A stretch of 64,000 nucleotides of DNA from Patescibacteria group bacterium (GTDB lineage Bacteria; Patescibacteriota; WWE3; JAMCXX01; JBBTUG01). Both the position numbers and the translations under genes were made by a program. Positions 56,965-64,000 of the stretch are shown piece after piece. Each line of letters opens with the position of its first letter. Within the stretch, counting starts at the first letter, position 1. The notes under the pieces are model-generated. The model saw only the letters and a program-made list of their open reading frames with translations, was not told the origin of the DNA and ran no database searches. The stretch covers positions 14,165 through 78,164 of the forward strand of contig JBBTUG010000012.1 in the NCBI GenBank assembly GCA_038063895.1, read 5' to 3'.

Positions 56965-58733
56965 ACTTTCTTCCCGACAAGAAAAACCGCCCGCCAGGCC
57001 TGATAGTGACTTTGGAAAGTGTCATTCTGGAGAACCTCGCCACCCCGCCGGACCGTCCGGTAAAAAACCGCATCCGCTCCCCATGCCGACCAGTCAACTT
57101 GGACGGTTTGCCCCGAAGCTACAGAGGCATCTTCTTGATATAAAGGCGCCGGTGGGGCAACTTCCCGGCTGATAAAAGGCCCTTTTATCGCCACCTGCCG
57201 ACCGTCGTTAGTTCCGTAAAACCGGAAGTATAAATCCTCCCCGACAATTTCATTTGTCACTAAAAGATAATTTTTAGTGTCGTTCCGGAACTGAAAATCC
57301 ACGGACGGACCGTAAACCGTCGCATCAAAACCGACAGGGGGTTCGTAGTAGTGAACCCGGTAAGCATGCGCGGTGCGTTTCACGATCGGTAGACCGGCAT
57401 TTAGAGCCGCGCGAAAAATAGTCGACGAGACCTGACACAGTCCTCCGCCGGTCCCCAGCACCGTCCGCCCTTCACTAATAATGTAGGCTTCATCGTAGCC
57501 GGCTGCCGCTGTGACCTCACCCACCGCGTTATTGAACGAAAAAATATCGCCGGGCGGAACCAAAATCCCGTTGATTCTTGAGGAAGCCAGCGTCAGGTTG
57601 TGGATCCGGCCGGGAATTGAACCGGCAAAATTCGTCTTGCCTTCTCCCAACAGATCCGTAATCCCGTATGAATTGGTGGTCTTCGGGGCGGGCAATTCGC
57701 GAAGCGGCAAAGCAACAACGGCGGACGGGGAAGCCTGCAGCAGCGCCCGGGAAATAAGAGTGGCTCCCTCAAAGCGGTCGACTTCGTAGCCAGTGCGTTG
57801 CGGTACAAATTTTACGACCCGCGCTCCGGAGACCTCAATAATCTGCCCGCGGGGAGAAATATTCAGCTGGCTACTGAAGTCGGCCACCAGCTGGGAAACT
57901 TTCTCCCGATCAACCCGCAGCGCCATCCAGCCCTCGGAGTTCTTTTCAAAATTAATCAGCGCCAAAACCGACTCGGGGGTTAACGGCCAACGTTGTCCCA
58001 AACCCGACACCGTCGGCGGGTTAGTCAGGATCATCTCCAGTTCCGGTTTTACCGTCTCTAGGTCTGTTGCTGAAATTGCCGGGGTAACGAGCTCCAGCCG
58101 CAAGTCTTTGGATAGTTCTAACTCATTAATCATCTGCCGGATTACTCCCCCAACATAACCCGCATCAACGATAACCCCGGTCCGGGAAGGGTTGATTGTT
58201 AACTTGCCCCCGGCAAGGGAAAAAGCAGCATTCTTCGGAGGTTCGTTCCAGTCTTTACCCACCACCGCCACAAATCCGTTCAGCTTCTCCTCATCAATCT
58301 GATATTCCAACGGAACCGTTTTTCCGGTTCTTAAAGCCTGAATTTCATTTTTAAGATCCTCCGGTAAAGACCCGCTCCGCCCGACAAGATAGGCCTTTTC
58401 CACGGTCGAGGCAACATCAAACGAAACCCCTAACTGCGAAAACGGGAGGTCGTAGCGGACTACTTTCTCGCCGCCGCTGGTGGCCTCGCGTAAACTTAAA
58501 ACCAACTTCTGTCCGGTTAAAAGACTTACTTTTTCCTCCAAAATCTTCTGGGCATCCGCAACACTACGGCCGCTCAGGTTAATTTTTCCGGCGACGTTAA
58601 CCCCCGGAATAATATTCCGGGAATAAAGGAGGTGGAAACTAAAAAAGAAAAGAGAAAAAACGAAAAAACTGATTAAGATAAAATAAAAAACAATATTGGA
58701 AAACAATCCGAGGAATGCCTTAGCTTTGGTCAT
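56961..58733 (-). CDS. VanW-family protein with peptidoglycan-binding domains
   Basis: FSFN..VG, GGGLCQVSSTIFRAAL.AGLPI..R..H, DATVY.P.VDF.F.N. Confidence 0.9.
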   Translation of the reverse strand: MTKAKAFLGLFSNIVFYFILISFFVFSLFFFSFHLLYSRNIIPGVNVAGKINLSGRSVADAQKILEEKVSLLTGQKLVLSLREATSGGEKVVRYDLPFSQLGVSFDVASTVEKAYLVGRSGSLPEDLKNEIQALRTGKTVPLEYQIDEEKLNGFVAVVGKDWNEPPKNAAFSLAGGKLTINPSRTGVIVDAGYVGGVIRQMINELELSKDLRLELVTPAISATDLETVKPELEMILTNPPTVSGLGQRWPLTPESVLALINFEKNSEGWMALRVDREKVSQLVADFSSQLNISPRGQIIEVSGARVVKFVPQRTGYEVDRFEGATLISRALLQASPSAVVALPLRELPAPKTTNSYGITDLLGEGKTNFAGSIPGRIHNLTLASSRINGILVPPGDIFSFNNAVGEVTAAAGYDEAYIISEGRTVLGTGGGLCQVSSTIFRAALNAGLPIVKRTAHAYRVHYYEPPVGFDATVYGPSVDFQFRNDTKNYLLVTNEIVGEDLYFRFYGTNDGRQVAIKGPFISREVAPPAPLYQEDASVASGQTVQVDWSAWGADAVFYRTVRRGGEVLQNDTFQSHYQAWRAVFLVGKKV

Positions 58734-59301
58734 TTGCGTAATCTGTTCGGCCGATCTCCGGCAGTGAAGGGCGGCGGCCGGTTCGTGTCCTTTTTAAGGA
58801 TTTTATCAGATAACGGGAAAGTTCCCCGTCAATATCGGTAAACTCATCCGTCTGTTCGCGCAGCCGTCCGGAGGTGGTCCGGCCAAAAGCGATCACTTCC
58901 GTCCTGACCCCATGGCTGCGGACGTAGTCGAGCAGTTCCGAATAATCCCCGTCGCCGGAAACCAAAACCAAAGCATCAATCTTCGCAAGCAGAGTCACCG
59001 CATCCATACACAACCCGACGTCCCAGTCGCCCTTTTTCATTCCCCCGGGAAATATCTGCAAATCCTTGGCCTTAACCTCAAAACCCTGCTTCTCCAGCGC
59101 ATCGAAAAAATTCTTTTCCGATTCGATATCCGCCCGGATAACGTAAGCAAACGCCCGGATAAGCTGGCGCCCCGCGACGGCCGTTTTTAAAATCTCTTCA
59201 AAGTTAACAAAGCTTTGGTGCAGGTTTTTGGCTGAGTAGTACATATTCGCCACATCAACAAAAACCCCCACCCGCTGGAAATGATGTTTCACCGCTTTCA
59301 T
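58720..59301 (-). CDS. NYN-domain (LabA/DUF88) protein
   Basis: VFVDVANMY, KGDWDVG, LVSGDGDY, DEF.DI. Confidence 0.92.
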   Translation of the reverse strand: MKAVKHHFQRVGVFVDVANMYYSAKNLHQSFVNFEEILKTAVAGRQLIRAFAYVIRADIESEKNFFDALEKQGFEVKAKDLQIFPGGMKKGDWDVGLCMDAVTLLAKIDALVLVSGDGDYSELLDYVRSHGVRTEVIAFGRTTSGRLREQTDEFTDIDGELSRYLIKSLKRTRTGRRPSLPEIGRTDYANDQS

Positions 59302-59339
59302 ATTCACTCTATTATTTCACACCCCGACATACTTTAGCA

Positions 59340-59371
59340 AAAAACACGACCCCGCCTTCCGGCGGGGGTCG
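59340..59371 (-). terminator. Intrinsic terminator after hup
   Basis: GC-rich hairpin CGACCCC..GCC/GGCGGGGTCG followed by TGTTTTTT. Confidence 0.65.
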
Positions 59372-59425
59372 GTCAGGCTTTTCCCGGAAAGCTTGAAAAC
59401 CGATCTCGTTTAAAAAGCGGCAGTA

Positions 59426-59698
59426 CTATTTGACCGCTTGTTTAAGACCGTGTCCGGCACGGAAAGCCGGGGTCTTGCTGGCCGGAATGTGGAGAGGCGC
59501 TCCGGTTTGCGGGTTGCGGCCCATTCTGGCGGCGCGCTGGCGAACCTCGAAGGTTCCAAAACCCGTAATCGTTACTTTCTCACCCCGGGCTAGCGCGTCG
59601 GAAATAGCGTCGATCATCGCGTTAACAGCCCGGTCGGCGTCAGCTTTGGTCAAACCAACTTTACTGGCTAAGGCTTCAATAAGATCCTGTTTAGTCAC
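59426..59698 (-). CDS. hup: DNA-binding protein HU
   Basis: [28 protein letters not shown]. Confidence 0.96.
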   Translation of the reverse strand: MTKQDLIEALASKVGLTKADADRAVNAMIDAISDALARGEKVTITGFGTFEVRQRAARMGRNPQTGAPLHIPASKTPAFRAGHGLKQAVK

Positions 59699-59755
59699 TT
59701 ATTTTCACCCCCCTTCAATATCGTAAATATTTTTAAGGCAAAGAATTTAGATCGT

Positions 59756-60544
59756 TTAAGATAAAACATAGTCGAGCCTAACTATACTTTGCGCCTTATT
59801 TCCGGAACCGGCTTCCACGAGCACACTTTGGAAAACGGCCGGTCCGGTCTCCACCCACTCAAAACGCTGGGGCAAAGGCGAGAGCATCCGATGAATAATA
59901 ATTTCCTTCTTAACCCCTAAAACTGAATCGCGGGGTCCCGTCATTCCTACGTCGGTAACATAAGCTGTTCCTTCAGGAAGTAGGCGGGTATCGGCAGTCG
60001 GCACGTGGGTATGCGTTCCCAGCACGGCGCTGACCCTCCCGTCGGCATAAAACCCCAACGCCAGTTTTTCAGCGGTTGCTTCGGCATGAAAATCAACAAC
60101 CGACACCGTATAATCGCCGGCGGTTTCCTCAAGAACCCGATCAAGAGAGCGAAGGGGACTGTCAACCGGTTGCTCAATAAAGTCGCGTCCTTGAAGATTA
60201 ATTAAAAGGAGCTTGCCGCTTTTACCCAGATCCACGACCGCATATCCCTTGCCGGGGGTATCCTGCGGATAATTTTCCGGGCGTAATAAAGGAACGGTGC
60301 CATTTTGCAGGTCGTCAATAATGTCCGCCTGCCAAAATACGTGATTACCGCCTGTTAAATAGTCTACACCGGCCGCTAAAACCTCGTCAATCGTGGCGCG
60401 GGTGACTCCCCGGCCGTGGGCCAGATTTTCGCCGTTGGCTATTATCACATCCGGACCGTACTTCTTTTTCAGTTCGGGCAGTACCTTAGCCACTGTCTGC
60501 CGGCCAAGTTTCCCGACAATGTCGCCGATAAAAAGTATTTTCAT
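59756..60544 (-). CDS. ymdB: YmdB-family metallophosphoesterase
   Basis: GDIVGK.GR, NGEN, GNH, DFHAEAT, GTHTHV, DVGMTG; follows rny. Confidence 0.93.
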   Translation of the reverse strand: MKILFIGDIVGKLGRQTVAKVLPELKKKYGPDVIIANGENLAHGRGVTRATIDEVLAAGVDYLTGGNHVFWQADIIDDLQNGTVPLLRPENYPQDTPGKGYAVVDLGKSGKLLLINLQGRDFIEQPVDSPLRSLDRVLEETAGDYTVSVVDFHAEATAEKLALGFYADGRVSAVLGTHTHVPTADTRLLPEGTAYVTDVGMTGPRDSVLGVKKEIIIHRMLSPLPQRFEWVETGPAVFQSVLVEAGSGNKAQSIVRLDYVLS

Positions 60545-61980
60545 TTCGCCAGCTCAACTGAGCGCAGCTCTTTAATAACCGTCACTTCGATTTGCCCCGG
60601 ATAAACCTGCTCTTTTTCGATCCGGTCGGCGATTTTGCGGGAAAGAACAGCCACCGAAGCGTCGTCCGTTTTATCGCTTTTAACAATTACTCGGAGATTC
60701 CGGCCAGCGGCTAAAGCGAAAGCTTCTTTCACTTCTTCGAAAGACAAAGCAGTTTCCTCAAGCGCCTTCATCCGGTGTAAGTATTCTTCGTAATCCTCGA
60801 ACCGGGCCCCGGGGCGGGAACCGGAAACCGCGTCGGCGATCTGGACGATCACTGCCTCTAAGCTGTTAAACGGCTCCTCCGCGTGGTGGGCAGCGGCGGC
60901 GTTAATTGTCTTCTCGGGGAAATTAAATTTTTCCATTATCTGCCGGGTTAACAGGGCGTGGGTCCCTTCAACCTCGGACGTTTTAACTTTACCGATATCG
61001 TGCAGTAAAGCCGCTGTTTTTACCACTTCCACGTCGGCGCCTAGCTCACTTGCTAAGAGCTTGGCAATTGTCATCACTTCAAGAGAATGGGAAATTAAGT
61101 TTTGGCCGTAAGAGGTCCGGAATTTATAACGGCCGAGGAGAGAGAGTAACTCATCCGGTAAGCCGTGGATACCGGCTTCGTAGGCTACGTGTTCACCAGT
61201 GGTCTTCAGGTCCTTTTCCAGATTTTCTTTGGCTTTTTCGACTTCTTCTTCAATCCGGTTTGGCTGGATCCGGCCGTCCGCGATCAGCCGCTCCAGCGCC
61301 AGCCTGGCTACCTCCCGCCTTAGACCGTCAAAAGAGGAAAGACGGACCTCATCCGGCGCCTCATCCAAATCGATGGTTACTCCGGTTGAGCGCTCCAATG
61401 ATTGAATATTCCGACCTTTAAACCCGATAATCCGGCCTTTAAAGTCGGCATCCGGCAGCTTCACCCGGGTGGTGGTAAATTCCGGAACGTAATTAACGGC
61501 CACGCGTTGGATACTGCTAATCAGAATATCTTTCGCTCTCTGTTCCGATTCTTCCTTTGCCTTCTCCACCGAGTTCTTAATCAGCCGGGCGGACTCAGCC
61601 AGGAGTTCCTTTTCCAAACCGGTAAGAATCTCTTTCTTGGCTTCCTCTTTTGATAGCGAGGCGGTTTTTTCCAGCTTTTCCAGCAGGGAAAGGCGCAGCC
61701 CTTCCAAATCTTTAAGTTGTCGGTTGATAGTCTCTTCCGAAGCTTTCAGGGCATCTTCCCGGCCATCCAAACGGGAAACCTGGCCCTCTAACTGAGCGGC
61801 GCGGTGCTCAACACTTCTTTCCCGCTCGATTAACTGCTCCCTGATTTTTCCCGCTTCCGCCTCGGCCTTGGTCACAATCTCTAAAGCCGTCGTTTTTGCT
61901 TCAACGATAAGGCTACGGGCCTCAACCTCGGCTGAAGATAAGCTAGTTGATTTGTTCTCCGTGTCGTTTAATGAATCCAT
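60541..61980 (-). CDS. rny: Ribonuclease Y
   Basis: Coiled coil, KH (KGRIIG..GRNI), HD (LLHDIGK), ADAVSGSRPGAR. Confidence 0.95.
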   Translation of the reverse strand: MDSLNDTENKSTSLSSAEVEARSLIVEAKTTALEIVTKAEAEAGKIREQLIERERSVEHRAAQLEGQVSRLDGREDALKASEETINRQLKDLEGLRLSLLEKLEKTASLSKEEAKKEILTGLEKELLAESARLIKNSVEKAKEESEQRAKDILISSIQRVAVNYVPEFTTTRVKLPDADFKGRIIGFKGRNIQSLERSTGVTIDLDEAPDEVRLSSFDGLRREVARLALERLIADGRIQPNRIEEEVEKAKENLEKDLKTTGEHVAYEAGIHGLPDELLSLLGRYKFRTSYGQNLISHSLEVMTIAKLLASELGADVEVVKTAALLHDIGKVKTSEVEGTHALLTRQIMEKFNFPEKTINAAAAHHAEEPFNSLEAVIVQIADAVSGSRPGARFEDYEEYLHRMKALEETALSFEEVKEAFALAAGRNLRVIVKSDKTDDASVAVLSRKIADRIEKEQVYPGQIEVTVIKELRSVELAK

Positions 61981-62028
61981 ATGGATTTATCTGAAACCGA
62001 TTAAGTCTAGGTGTTTTTTGGCGTTCTG

Positions 62029-62706
62029 TCAACCTAAATCAGATGGGCTTTGGAGGTCTGCGAAAACCTGCTTAATTACTTCCCGGGCGATGACGGCGGA
62101 AAAGCCATGCCCAAGCAGGTATCGGGTAATTTTAAATTTTCCTTCCCGGACCGGAAGCTTTGTGTAGGCAGGCAACTTCCTTCGGACGGCTTTTAAGGCC
62201 AAATCAAACTCATTAGCGCCGGAAGACGCTAAAACCTCGTCGATGATTTCCCGACTTATGCCCTTTTGAGTTAGTTCAAGCTTAATCCGCCACTTGCCTT
62301 GTGGCCGGCCGGAATTTTGCCGCTGCTCCAGCCACCACACGGCAAACGAGCGGTCATCAAGCAGTCGGAGCCGACTCAGACGCACTAGGATATTTTCGAT
62401 GATTAAACCTACTTCCTCCTCCGATTCTGATTTCTTTTTCCGGAAATAATAATTCTTAATATGCGTCCGGATTTCCCGCTCCGACCTTGGCCGGAATTCC
62501 AAAAAATGCAGAACGTTTTCGAGAACCTTCCCTTCGTCATTAACTTTCTTCAGCCGAGAAATGTCGTCTTCCGTAATCACCTGACCGGTTTTCAGGCCGC
62601 TTTTATAAAGGTCTTCTTCGTTCAATCCGAAAGCGAAACGGCCATCAATAAAAATATTCAATCGGCCGGGTTTTTTCTGGGGGGTAATAGCAGTAACTTC
62701 AGGCAT
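62029..62706 (-). CDS. recX: Regulatory protein RecX
   Basis: RPRSEREI, LLDD..FA, G..RI..EL.QKGI, YL...GF; downstream of recA. Confidence 0.9.
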   Translation of the reverse strand: MPEVTAITPQKKPGRLNIFIDGRFAFGLNEEDLYKSGLKTGQVITEDDISRLKKVNDEGKVLENVLHFLEFRPRSEREIRTHIKNYYFRKKKSESEEEVGLIIENILVRLSRLRLLDDRSFAVWWLEQRQNSGRPQGKWRIKLELTQKGISREIIDEVLASSGANEFDLALKAVRRKLPAYTKLPVREGKFKITRYLLGHGFSAVIAREVIKQVFADLQSPSDLG

Positions 62707-62786
62707 AATATTCAACTTCCCTAAAGTGTATTTAACTATTAGTGGTTAATTCGTGGAGAGAATTCGTGGCTTTATTTCCGATTATA

Positions 62787-63833
62787 CTACTCTTCCTCAA
62801 CGCCTACAGCCAGCGGAGCGGAACCGGTTGTCTTAACCAGCTCTCTGATTTTTTTCTCAATCTCCGAAGCTATTTTAGGATTTGCTCTTAGATAGGCCTT
62901 TGCCGCTTCCCTGCCCTGGCCAATCTTTTCCCCGCCGTATTCGAACCAGGCGCCGGATTTCTTAACCAGGTCCATCTCAGTTCCGACGTCAACCAGGCTG
63001 GATTCTTTCGAAATACCTTCGTTAAACATAATGTCGAACTCGGCCACCCGGAAAGGCGGGGCGACCTTATTCTTCACAACCTTGACGCGGACGTGATTGC
63101 CGGTAACAACATCCCCGTCTTTAATAGATTCAACCCGGCGGATATCCAAACGGACGGAAGCATAAAACTTAAGGGCCTGGCCGCCGGTGGTGGTTTCGGG
63201 ATTCCCAAACATCACGCCGATTTTCATCCGGATCTGATTGGTAAAAATAACCGTCGTATTGGATTTAGAAATTGCGCCGGCCAGCTTCCGCATCGCCTGG
63301 GACATAAGGCGGGCCTGCAGACCCATATGCGAGTCGCCCATCTCGCCTTCAATCTCCACTCTCGGGACTAAAGCCGCGACACTGTCAATGACGACGATGT
63401 CAACCGCTCCGGAACGGATCAGTGTTTCGGCGATCTCCAAAGCCTGCTCACCGTTGTCAGGTTGGGAGATAAGAAGATCCTCCGTTTTCACCCCGATTTT
63501 TTCGGCGTAAACCGGATCGAGCGCGTGTTCGGCGTCAATAAAAGCAGCCGTTCCGCCTTTCTTTTGGGTTTCCGCGATAATGTGAAGCAGGAGGGTAGTT
63601 TTCCCGGAGGATTCGGGACCGAATATTTCAATAATCCGGCCGCGGGGGATTCCACCGATGCCGAGAGCTAAATCAAGCGCTAAAGAGCCGGTGGGGATAA
63701 CGTCAACGTCAACCCTAGTCCGTTCCCCGAGCATCATAATGGCCCCCTTGCCGAAGTTTTTTTCGATGGTTTCCCGAGCCGTTTTCAACGCTTCGATTTT
63801 ACCTTTGTTTTCTTTACTTTCTTTCTCCGCCAT
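62787..63833 (-). CDS. recA: Recombinase RecA
   Basis: [44 protein letters not shown]. Confidence 0.98.
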   Translation of the reverse strand: MAEKESKENKGKIEALKTARETIEKNFGKGAIMMLGERTRVDVDVIPTGSLALDLALGIGGIPRGRIIEIFGPESSGKTTLLLHIIAETQKKGGTAAFIDAEHALDPVYAEKIGVKTEDLLISQPDNGEQALEIAETLIRSGAVDIVVIDSVAALVPRVEIEGEMGDSHMGLQARLMSQAMRKLAGAISKSNTTVIFTNQIRMKIGVMFGNPETTTGGQALKFYASVRLDIRRVESIKDGDVVTGNHVRVKVVKNKVAPPFRVAEFDIMFNEGISKESSLVDVGTEMDLVKKSGAWFEYGGEKIGQGREAAKAYLRANPKIASEIEKKIRELVKTTGSAPLAVGVEEE

Positions 63834-64000
63834 ATTTAATTACAACAACAATATTACACACTTTTGTTCAACTGTCTACAATTAAGAACTTACCAAAAAT
63901 AAACCGAATTTGCAATACCCATACGGACAGTTAGAAAATAGACTTAGAAATGTTATAAGAATGCAAAGCACGAAGTAAGTTTTTCCTTTGGAAAAAGGTC

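Noticed and set aside
1-64000. Genetic code 25 or 4 (UGA as sense), suggested by the aspS UGA
   Set aside because: Conserved genes (ugd, lysS, rny, hicA) end at TGA at their expected C-termini, and other long genes have no internal TGA.
63834-64000. LexA/SOS box upstream of recA
   Set aside because: Only weak repeats (TTAGAAA twice); no known LexA consensus can be supported.
1-64000. CRISPR array, rRNA, IS transposase or prophage
   Set aside because: No regularly spaced direct repeats, rRNA signatures, transposase, integrase or phage structural genes seen.

Overview
64 kb of ordinary-code (table 11; TGA is used as a stop) bacterial chromosome. Gene content, compact layout and short or absent leaders suggest a CPR/Patescibacteria genome, probably Microgenomates- or WWE3-like (inference). 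Housekeeping genes include miaB (partial), ugd, typA, a DEAD-box helicase, gltX, aspS, lysS, two greA paralogs, hup, ymdB, rny, recX and recA, plus tRNA-Gln(CTG) and tRNA-Glu(CTC). Accessory content includes two toxin-antitoxin pairs, a Gld-like ABC system, an ADP-forming acyl-CoA ligase and an 8-gene CsoR-led copper/thiol-redox operon. The strongest non-obvious signals are RNA elements: (1) a complete T-box riboswitch with an Arg (CGC) specifier in front of an uncharacterised glutathionylspermidine-synthase-like ATP-grasp ligase instead of a synthetase, biosynthesis or transport gene; (2) a textbook type III hammerhead ribozyme just downstream of a Cys-rich orphan ORF and upstream of hicBA. 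Also notable are an in-frame UGA in aspS, a zinc-finger LAGLIDADG gene whose stop codon lies inside tRNA-Gln, and several gene lesions. All calls were made by eye from motifs; no searches were run.
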